This document shows, one piece after another, positions 10,023 through 17,393 of a stretch of 64,000 nt of DNA (the first letter of the stretch is position 1; the number at the start of each line of letters is the position of its first letter). A program made the position numbers and the translations under genes. This stretch comes from a virus. The notes beneath the pieces are model-generated. The model had not been told where the DNA came from. It searched no databases and saw nothing but the letters and a program-made list of their open reading frames with translations. The stretch spans positions 91,616-155,615 of the IMG/VR virus record IMGVR_UViG_3300027863_000019; one strand, 5' to 3'.

Positions 10023-10595
10023 ATGCAATTTAACGATAAAGCATACTTCACTCGAAAGTCTGAGACCCTTGTTGATGCGTGGTCTCAAAGTTCGAGGTTA
10101 GCACTTCTACAACCTAACTTACCTGCTTTCCTTTCTGTGGAAGCTGTAATTCCAAGTGCTGGAACTTTAAACGTTACTGGTTTAAGTTCAGCTGGAGTAA
10201 CAGTTACTGAAAGTATTTCATTTGATGAAAGTAGTATTAGGCTTTCAAATAATGAATATAAGTCGATTTTAACGTTAACTCCATCATGGTCGACTTACAA
10301 AATTACTATCAAAGCGGAGGATAAACAAGGTCAACCAATTCAGGCTGCAACTTCGTTTGGGCCTTTTCCGGTAAGCGTAGTTAACTTATCATCACAAAGA
10401 CAAAGGGATAATGTCAATGTTCAAGGTTGGGAAAAAGATCAGTGGTTAATTGTTTATATTCAATCTTTCCAGCCGGAGACAAACGACGAGGTTCGAACAA
10501 CGAGGGGTTGGTCGGGCTGGGCTCAAGATGTTATTCCTGCTGCGCACATCAATTTCCCTGCAGGCTGGCAATTCTTTTTAAACATCAGCAAATAA
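10023..10595 (+). CDS. Putative head closure/neck protein
   Basis: Position directly after the adaptor; 190 aa beta-rich. Confidence 0.45.
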   Translation: MQFNDKAYFTRKSETLVDAWSQSSRLALLQPNLPAFLSVEAVIPSAGTLNVTGLSSAGVTVTESISFDESSIRLSNNEYKSILTLTPSWSTYKITIKAEDKQGQPIQAATSFGPFPVSVVNLSSQRQRDNVNVQGWEKDQWLIVYIQSFQPETNDEVRTTRGWSGWAQDVIPAAHINFPAGWQFFLNISK

Positions 10596-10613
10596 TCAAA
10601 TCGTGGAGGATCT

Positions 10614-12923
10614 ATGAATCCTAAAGTTTCATTGATTTTGCCCGTTAAAAACGGGCTTCGTTACACTTTGGAGTGTTTAGAGTCTTTAAAAAATTCCAAA
10701 CATATCCCTTTTGAAATCATTGTATGTGGTACTGGAACTGATGGTACTATTGCGATGATGATGGAGTGGGAACTCTTATACAATAATATCCATTTTATTT
10801 TGAATGAATCAGGAGATACCTCATTTGGTGCAAACGTTAATATGGGCGCAGCAAAAGCGGTAGGTGATTACATTTGTGTTTTAAATAATGACACGATTGT
10901 ACCTCCTAACTGGTTAGCTTACATGGTCACTTGTTTTGAGTCTCTGGAGAAAGCTCCTGATAGACCAACTCCTCCGCCCGCGGTTGTTTCGCCAGTAAGT
11001 AACTACGTGATGTCACACCAATCAATCCAGCTTCCAGCAGATTTCCGTTTGGATATGCTCAATGAGTTCGCAGATCATGTCGCCACTGAAAATAGGGGTA
11101 AATGGATTTATTCAGCCATCGTTTCAGGTTTCTGCATGCTCATTAAAAAATCCATCTGGAATCAATTGGGTGGATTCAATACTAAACTTCGCAATGGAAA
11201 TGAGGATGTTGAGTTCTGCTGCCGCGTGAATGAAGCGGGTTACTCTTGTTGGGTTGATAGGAGTACTTTCGTTTTTCATCATGGATCTAAATCGTTAGCT
11301 GAAGAGGAAGATCAAGGAACTCACAATCGAATCGATTGTATTAAGTTGACTTGTGGTGCTGAGGCAACTGAAAAGAAAATTTCTCTAAACGCTCGCGTGA
11401 AGTGTTCACAAGAAGAGCTCAAGGCGTGGCTGGATCGTCATTATCATATGTTCGATATTGTGAATATCGTTGATGATGGCAGTGGATGGGACATGGAGAC
11501 CTTTCTAAAGGATGGCTATCCTAAGAGCACATATCTAAACATGTCCGGTGAAATTGAGGTTGTACAGCGCGAGAAAGCATATGAATACTCGCTTGCTCAA
11601 GGAATGGATTGGATGGTGACTCTAGATCATGATGAGTTCCTCGAAGAGAAAATCGATCGTGAGTATCTGCAAAGATTAGCGAACACTCCAATTCCAGGAT
11701 GTTATTCGTTTATCGGGCGTTGGATTCATCTTTGGAATTCTCCAAACACTTATCATGTCTCGTATCCACCTCAAAATGGAATCTTCATGACTCGCGTTTT
11801 AAAAGGTATGAGACACTTTCAAGGTTCTCCAGGAACCTCATTGCATTGTAGTAGAATGCCAAACGTTCCTTCAGTCAGCACTGCGCCAGTGAATGTTCAT
11901 ATCCTTCATTATGGATATATCGATCCTGTGAGACGCGAAGAGAAACGCCAGTGGTATGAAAAGCTCGATCCAAATCCGGTTGAGTCTTTAGTTGGTGGTG
12001 TAGACTACTCTCACCTGACCAATCAAACTCACATCGTTCTTTCAGAGTGGTTCGGATCTAATAAGTACACGATCTCCCTTAATGCTCTAGCTGGATCTGA
12101 GCAGGAGCATAAAGTTCAAATGTTCCTTGAATCAATCGGTACAGTTGTTGATGAGATCGTTTTCAGGGTAGAACCTGGTCGCGAAGATTTAAAGTGGTTA
12201 ATTAGTCGTTGGGGTGGTAAAGCTTATGAGAAGGAATGGTCTGATGATTATTCTGACATGAGAAACTACCTCATCAATAAATCTTCGTCCGCGTATATTC
12301 TCGTGCTAGATATGGATGAGCAATATACTAAGCCACCTGATATCATCACGATGATCGAATCTCAGCCAACTGCAATTATGTTTGGTGTGAACAATCTTCA
12401 ACGTGGTAGACCTGATGTCTTCACTGAAGTTATGAGAATGTTTCAAAATCGTCCTGACATTCGTTTCTCTGGAGTCATTCATGAAACGATTGAAGACGCG
12501 ATTGGGAAAATCAAAAACAAGGTTGTCATCCGTGCGAAGGGTATCATAAACCATTTTGGGTTCTTGAACCCTGAATTACCGGACAAACTTAAAAAGTACA
12601 TCAAGCTCAATAAGAAGGCAATGCACCGTGATCCAAAAGATCCAAAGCCATACTTCAACCTTGCATTGCACTATATTGAGGATGGAGACGTGAAAGAGGG
12701 AATTAAGAATCTTGAGAAGGCAATTATGCTCATGCCCAATTTCACGCTCGCCAAGATTGAATTGGCGAAACTTTATCTGAGATTTGCGAGGGCGCTGTTC
12801 TCGAGCAGCATGGGCGATATTCCGGAGAGTCATCCTTTGAAAAAGCCAGTAACAGAATTAGAGGGATATCTTAAACGTCTCGTACCGGATAAGAATTTGC
12901 TCTTCCCTCCGCTGGATAGGTAA
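10614..12923 (+). CDS. Multidomain glycosyltransferase: three GT2 domains plus C-terminal TPR
   Basis: Domain 1: KVSLILPV, VLNNDT, EDVEFC.R. Domain 2: IVDDGS, TLDHDEF, ILHYGY. Domain 3: VLDMDE, RFSGVIHE, INHFGF. TPR: YFNLA.HY...G...EG...LEKAI.L.PN. Confidence 0.88.
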   Translation: MNPKVSLILPVKNGLRYTLECLESLKNSKHIPFEIIVCGTGTDGTIAMMMEWELLYNNIHFILNESGDTSFGANVNMGAAKAVGDYICVLNNDTIVPPNWLAYMVTCFESLEKAPDRPTPPPAVVSPVSNYVMSHQSIQLPADFRLDMLNEFADHVATENRGKWIYSAIVSGFCMLIKKSIWNQLGGFNTKLRNGNEDVEFCCRVNEAGYSCWVDRSTFVFHHGSKSLAEEEDQGTHNRIDCIKLTCGAEATEKKISLNARVKCSQEELKAWLDRHYHMFDIVNIVDDGSGWDMETFLKDGYPKSTYLNMSGEIEVVQREKAYEYSLAQGMDWMVTLDHDEFLEEKIDREYLQRLANTPIPGCYSFIGRWIHLWNSPNTYHVSYPPQNGIFMTRVLKGMRHFQGSPGTSLHCSRMPNVPSVSTAPVNVHILHYGYIDPVRREEKRQWYEKLDPNPVESLVGGVDYSHLTNQTHIVLSEWFGSNKYTISLNALAGSEQEHKVQMFLESIGTVVDEIVFRVEPGREDLKWLISRWGGKAYEKEWSDDYSDMRNYLINKSSSAYILVLDMDEQYTKPPDIITMIESQPTAIMFGVNNLQRGRPDVFTEVMRMFQNRPDIRFSGVIHETIEDAIGKIKNKVVIRAKGIINHFGFLNPELPDKLKKYIKLNKKAMHRDPKDPKPYFNLALHYIEDGDVKEGIKNLEKAIMLMPNFTLAKIELAKLYLRFARALFSSSMGDIPESHPLKKPVTELEGYLKRLVPDKNLLFPPLDR

Positions 12924-12924
12924 A

Positions 12925-13281
12925 ATGCCAGGATTAGAAGAATACGTCCGTAAGTGGGCAGAAGTCGCTAAGCAAGAGCACGCTGCTCGAACTGAAGCAA
13001 TCGTTGAGAAAATCTATACGGAAGCTAAAGACTTAGCGACTTCTGCCCCTGGGCTAAAGAATGCTGAATCTGGATTAGGTATGAGAACGGGTACTTTACT
13101 TCGTTCGATTTCGAAAAGGCGGATTATTGAACCTGATGGCTCAGTAGCGTTTGAAATTTACTACGATAAAAATATTTGTAATTATGCGGAGTATATTGAA
13201 AACGGTACTCGAAAGATGAGACCATTCAAGATTTTGGCTTCAGCATACGATAACATTCTAGGTGAGGGAAGAAATAAATAG
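12925..13281 (+). CDS. HK97 gp10-like neck/tail-completion protein
   Basis: RTGTLLRSI, YAEYIENGTRKM.PF.L..A. Confidence 0.85.
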   Translation: MPGLEEYVRKWAEVAKQEHAARTEAIVEKIYTEAKDLATSAPGLKNAESGLGMRTGTLLRSISKRRIIEPDGSVAFEIYYDKNICNYAEYIENGTRKMRPFKILASAYDNILGEGRNK

Positions 13282-13412
13282 TGGGTAGCTGATCGGTTTT
13301 TGTGGTAATTTATTTACCATGATTCGAATCAATAGTGAAATTAGTCAACATAGAAACGGTTGCTTTCAAATTGTATTCATGGGTGTACGAATTTTTCAAG
13401 CGGTTTTTACTT

Positions 13413-13508
13413 ATGTTTAAAACATACAAATACCGGATTTTCCCTATCAAAAAACAGACTGCCTCTCTTGAGACCGTTCTGGAGGTGTGCTATCGGATAT
13501 CTAGATGA
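13413..13508 (+). pseudogene. 5' fragment of tnpB (31-codon mini-ORF)
   Basis: 13413-13485 is 70/73 nt identical to the tnpB start 14245-14317; reads MFKTYKYRIFPIKKQTASLETVLEVCYRISR*. Confidence 0.85.
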
Positions 13509-13902
13509 TATTGATGCGACATTACGTCGTACATTAGTTAATAATACAAATATTTCTAAGCTAGTTGGGACTCGAGTTCACCCGACTTACTTAGCAGCGA
13601 TTAAAGATCCTAAGTATCCGCTTATTTGTTTTATGCGCGTTTCACAAACTCGTGACTATCGTTACACAAAAAGAGTTTCTCCAGCTTATGATATGTATAT
13701 TTACTCATCTCTTAATTATTCTGAGACCGACCAAATTTTTGATTATGTAAGACTTGCCTTAGATAATGAGTTCTTTCCCACCCCAGATGGTTCGGGAAGA
13801 ATACAATTTAGAATTGTTCAAAATCCATCACAAAGTATGGATCCAGATGCCCTACTTTATTATGGTTTATTTCGAATTCAAGTAGTCGCGTTTTTTAAAT
13901 AA
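13492..13902 (+). CDS. Tail terminator/completion protein (DUF3168/gp17-like); start codon uncertain
   Basis: IDATLRRTL...ISKLVGTRVHP...P.YPLI.F...YDMYIYS..Y.E...I...VR.ALD. The ORF-track N-terminus (13360-13491) is off-frame tnpB remnant plus spacer. Confidence 0.75.
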   Translation: MGYLDDIDATLRRTLVNNTNISKLVGTRVHPTYLAAIKDPKYPLICFMRVSQTRDYRYTKRVSPAYDMYIYSSLNYSETDQIFDYVRLALDNEFFPTPDGSGRIQFRIVQNPSQSMDPDALLYYGLFRIQVVAFFK

Positions 13903-13927
13903 AAGGAAGCCCTTCGGAGGTTCTGTA

Positions 13928-14128
13928 ATGGCTGATGATGTGAAGGATCTAGCTTGGAAGTGCCCGAGTTGTGAAGCAGTATTAGGTTATGTTACTCCCG
14001 ATCTCAAGATGCTACGGATGAAATATAAAGATCATTACGTTTATATTGAGGAGGCTGTAACAATAACAACGTTATGTAGGCGTTGTGGTAAAGAATGTTT
14101 CCTTAGGCAAAAGAAATCGGATGCATAA
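13928..14128 (+). CDS. Mu Com-like zinc-ribbon protein
   Basis: WKCPSC..VLG ... LCRRCG, 66 aa, GGAGG RBS. Confidence 0.6.
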   Translation: MADDVKDLAWKCPSCEAVLGYVTPDLKMLRMKYKDHYVYIEEAVTITTLCRRCGKECFLRQKKSDA

Positions 14129-14130
14129 GT

Positions 14131-15387
14131 TTGATTATTGTGACGAGCAAGAGTGTTATATTCATACTCTTGTTTACGCCCATTGTCAGAATCCCTTCAC
14201 TTATATCTCGAAGGGATTCTTGATTTTAAGTTTAGGTTAACCAAATGCTTAAAACATTCAAATACCGGATTTTCCCTACCAAAAAACAGACTGCCTCTCT
14301 TGAGACCGTTCTGGAGGAATGTCGGTATCTTTACAACCGCTTGCTGGAGCAGCGCAAATACGCTTGGGATATTCAGGGAGTTTCATTGGGATATTACCAG
14401 CAAGCCCGTATGCTACCTGGTATCAAAACAGCCCGGAATCTCCATCTGGCTTACTCTCAGGTCTTGCAAAACGTGGCAGTGCGGGTTGACCTAGCCTTCA
14501 AGGCTTTCTTCCGTCGTGTCAAAGCTGGAGAGAAACCCGGCTTTCCCCGGTTCAAGGGCAAAGGCTGGTACGATTCCATCACCTTCCCGCAGGTGCCCTT
14601 CGGTTGCTGCATCAAAGACAATAGGCTGTCGGTATCCAAGGTCGGCCACATCAAGATCGTCATGCACCGGGAGATGTACGGTAAGCCAAAGACGGCCACC
14701 ATTAAGCGTTCTTCCACTGGTAAATGGTATGTGACCTTTGCTTGCGAAATTGAAGCTCAGCGCCTCCTAACTACCGATTCCTCTGCAGGAATTGACGTGG
14801 GTCTGCACACCTTTGCTATGCTTTCCAATGGCATGGCCATTGAAAATCCTCGGTTCTTCCGGGAAGAAGAAAAGGCCCTGGCTAAGGCCCAACGAAAACT
14901 GAGCAAAGCAGCTAAGGGAACGCCAGAGAGAGCTAAACAGCGCAAGGTCGTGGCTCGGGTGCATGAACGGTTAACTTGCCGCCGGAATAACTTTGCTCAT
15001 CAGGAATCTCGTAAGATCGTCAATAACTACGGAACCATTTGCGTTGAAGATTTGACCGTCAACCGTATGGTTCATAACCATTGTCTCGCTAAAAGCATTG
15101 CGGACGCAGCTTGGTCCGGATTCTTCTCCATGCTCTCCTATAAGGCTGAAAGCGCCGGTAGGAAGCTGGTCAAAGTCAACCCGGCCTACACGACGCAGGA
15201 CTGCCATAGGTGCGGATACCGACAAAAACTCAATCTTGCCGACCGTATCTACGCCTGTCCATGTTGTGGCTTGCATATTGACCGTGACCTCAATGCGGCT
15301 AAAAATATCCTGGCCCTGGGAATGCAGGGCTTGAGGCTGGATTCATCCGGTTCTCTAGAAGCCCTTTAAAGCCGTGGGAGCATTCAC
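14131..15387 (+). mobile_element. IS200/IS605-family (IS1341-type, tnpB-only) element
   Basis: tnpB is noticeably more GC-rich than its flanks. Right end is GAAGCCC..AGCCGTGGGAGCATTCAC (TTCAC 15383-15387). The left flank has TTGAT (14131 and 14220) and two hairpins. No tnpA in the window. Left boundary uncertain. Confidence 0.75.
14245..15369 (+). CDS. tnpB: RNA-guided endonuclease TnpB
   Basis: KTFKYRIFP N-terminus; RuvC GIDVG / VEDL / DRDLNAA all intact; zinc finger CHRC...CPCC. Confidence 0.95.
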   Translation: MLKTFKYRIFPTKKQTASLETVLEECRYLYNRLLEQRKYAWDIQGVSLGYYQQARMLPGIKTARNLHLAYSQVLQNVAVRVDLAFKAFFRRVKAGEKPGFPRFKGKGWYDSITFPQVPFGCCIKDNRLSVSKVGHIKIVMHREMYGKPKTATIKRSSTGKWYVTFACEIEAQRLLTTDSSAGIDVGLHTFAMLSNGMAIENPRFFREEEKALAKAQRKLSKAAKGTPERAKQRKVVARVHERLTCRRNNFAHQESRKIVNNYGTICVEDLTVNRMVHNHCLAKSIADAAWSGFFSMLSYKAESAGRKLVKVNPAYTTQDCHRCGYRQKLNLADRIYACPCCGLHIDRDLNAAKNILALGMQGLRLDSSGSLEAL

Positions 15388-15407
15388 AAATGTGGACAAT
15401 ATTTAAA
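15230..15407 (+). ncRNA. Predicted TnpB omegaRNA (reRNA): scaffold overlapping tnpB 3' end, guide from 15388 (AAATGTGGACAATATTTAAA)
   Basis: Established TnpB architecture: the guide is the flank immediately after the right-end TTCAC. 5' boundary is approximate. Confidence 0.5.
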
Positions 15408-15445
15408 ACGAGCCTCGCAAGACTCTTAAAAGGGGGTTAGCAGAT

Positions 15446-16018
15446 ATGCCCTACAATCTTCCAAGTTATGACACCAATAGACTCTCGATTGGTCCTTGCA
15501 TTCTTTACATTGGGCCAGCGGGAACAACTCCTACAGTCGATGTAGGAGCCGTTGAGGTTGGTGCTGACCTTTCTACGACACGTACCAAAGAAGAAGTTTA
15601 TCAGGGGTTCCCCAAAACCTTGATCGCGCAGTTTGCGACTCAAGAGACCGCGGTCCTGAAGATCTCTGGTATTGAGTGGAATGTTAACAATTTCATGTAT
15701 GCGTTGGGTGCTGGTATCACTTCAAGTGCTACTAACACTGAAGTCTTAGATTTCGGTGGGCAAATCAGTTTCACCAACGTTGCTTTGAAGCTTGTGCACC
15801 AAACTCCGTACGGGTGGACTATCAACGTGTACATCTGGAATGCTCAGGGGGATGGAACCGTTTCCTTGGCGTTTACTGATACTCACCACAAGCTGCCTTA
15901 CACCTTCCATGCAATGATTCCTTGGAACAACTCAACCAAGCTTTGCACGGACTGGGCTGGCAACACGCTTCCGATGGGTAAACAGTTGTTCAAAGTTGAA
16001 ATCCAAAAAGCAGCATAA
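15446..16018 (+). CDS. Major tail tube protein
   Basis: Position between terminator and chaperones/tape measure; LSIGP..LYIG...DVGA...G..L....T beta pattern; strong AGGGGG RBS. Confidence 0.8.
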   Translation: MPYNLPSYDTNRLSIGPCILYIGPAGTTPTVDVGAVEVGADLSTTRTKEEVYQGFPKTLIAQFATQETAVLKISGIEWNVNNFMYALGAGITSSATNTEVLDFGGQISFTNVALKLVHQTPYGWTINVYIWNAQGDGTVSLAFTDTHHKLPYTFHAMIPWNNSTKLCTDWAGNTLPMGKQLFKVEIQKAA

Positions 16019-16029
16019 AGACAACAAAT

Positions 16030-16269
16030 CTGAAATAGAGGTTCCGGAAGCCTTGTATTATGTTAAATCAAACGTTTTTTGCTGATGGCTGTATTACAAC
16101 TCAATCTAGAATTGCGTTGAATCTCCAGGAAAAAGATAGAGCACATATTGATCGATTTGCTCAAATCTTTAATCGTGTGTATTACTCGTTTATTGATGAC
16201 GCTGGCAATCGTAAGTATTCAGTTCGTTTAAACAGTCCTCGACTTTGGGATTCCTTGTTCCGGTGTTAA
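16030..16269 (+). pseudogene. LAGLIDADG homing endonuclease remnant
   Basis: FFADGCI...L.LQEKDRAHIDRFAQIF...LWDSLF aligns with the 57466-58180 protein (FYADG...IKETDRSHIEKFAFIF...VWDALF); second LAGLIDADG half is missing. Confidence 0.75.
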
Positions 16270-16314
16270 TCATCCCATTATCCATTCACTTAGAGGTCAA
16301 AGGAGGCCTTTCAC

Positions 16315-16773
16315 ATGTCTGATATTTCAACCCTTAAAATCGTTGACATCGATGGCAATGAGAAAACTATTAGCACTAAACTTCCTTGGGGGCGAGAACG
16401 TAAGGTTCTCAAAATTGTTGGCGATCTTCTCACCGAAATTCCAGCCGATATTTTAGGTGGGGGTGATAAAACTCCAGGAGCAGCCCTCCTCGAATTTATT
16501 ACTACTCAGGCACCCGAACGCGTAACCGAGATTGTTGCTATTATCCTTAGTTGTTCAAATGAGGATGTTGACAACAAGTATGATGGCGACGCAGTCTTCG
16601 CGTTTATTATCCCGTTTATTTCTCAGTACGCTGAGAAGTGGAATATGCGCCTACAGCAAGTTCCCGCGGGAATGATTCCTGGTGTAAATATTCCAGGAGC
16701 CCCGATAGGCGAAACTGCAGCTCCTGAAGTGCCAGAAGCTCAACCTGAAGGAACTGCTACGGTTGGGGAATAG
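16315..16773 (+). CDS. Tail assembly chaperone (gpG-like)
   Basis: Position after the tube gene; AGGAGG RBS; acidic/Pro-rich tail. Confidence 0.7.
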   Translation: MSDISTLKIVDIDGNEKTISTKLPWGRERKVLKIVGDLLTEIPADILGGGDKTPGAALLEFITTQAPERVTEIVAIILSCSNEDVDNKYDGDAVFAFIIPFISQYAEKWNMRLQQVPAGMIPGVNIPGAPIGETAAPEVPEAQPEGTATVGE

Positions 16774-17393
16774 TGGCTATTTCATGGCGCGCATTTCTAA
16801 CCCAAACTAAAACCTACACCGACGTTAATGGCGTTGAGTTAACTGTCACTCTGCCCCCTTCTTGGCTTATCGAGCTTCAACTTTGGGAGATCCTCGAAGA
16901 GTCACTTTTCGATTCATTCGGTAAAACTTTGGGAGACCCTGATTCTGTTATCCAGGCTCTCTCTTTCTTTACCGGCCTTTCTATACAAGAAATCGAAGAT
17001 AGATTTTCTGGCGATGTAATCGAGCAGATGTTTATCGATCTGTGGGATTCAATTAAGCCTGAAACTCAAGAGATTCAGGCTGCACAAAAAGCCGAGAAAT
17101 CTTTACTGGAACATGAGGTAGATTTATTTACCCATTCACTCGCAATGTTTGCTGTGGAGTGTGGATGGACTCCAATGATAGTATTATCGATGCCAAAAAG
17201 ACAAATTAATTTATTAGGATCCGCGGTGTCAGATTATGTTGCAAGTAGGCTCAAATTTCATGCAGCTATCCATGGAGCTGAGATCGAGGGTGAGCCTGGT
17301 GCCCAAAGCGCACAAAATGTAACTCAACTGGGGGATGATGTTGATATTCTGAAACAGCTTCAGTCCCAAGGGTTACCAATTGAGGTACGATAG
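16773..17393 (+). CDS. Tail assembly chaperone (gpGT-like; paralog of upstream gene plus gpT-like C-terminus)
   Basis: N-terminal half aligns to the upstream chaperone; C-terminal AVECGWTP..VLSMP is typical of gpT; abuts the tape measure gene. Confidence 0.65.
   Translation: MAISWRAFLTQTKTYTDVNGVELTVTLPPSWLIELQLWEILEESLFDSFGKTLGDPDSVIQALSFFTGLSIQEIEDRFSGDVIEQMFIDLWDSIKPETQEIQAAQKAEKSLLEHEVDLFTHSLAMFAVECGWTPMIVLSMPKRQINLLGSAVSDYVASRLKFHAAIHGAEIEGEPGAQSAQNVTQLGDDVDILKQLQSQGLPIEVR

Noticed and set aside
13282-13491. Group I intron/IStron interrupting the tail terminator start
   Set aside because: Only ~210 nt, no recognisable P7/catalytic core, and no U|...G| splice junction that restores the frame.
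14153-14494. 113-aa ORF and the similar N-terminus of ORF 13360-13902 as a new protein family
   Set aside because: The shared peptide (CLKH.NTGFSL.KNRLPLLRPFWR) is the off-frame translation of the duplicated tnpB 5' end.
14245-15369. Nuclease-dead TnpB (TldR-like repressor)
   Set aside because: All three RuvC catalytic residues (D, E, D) are present.
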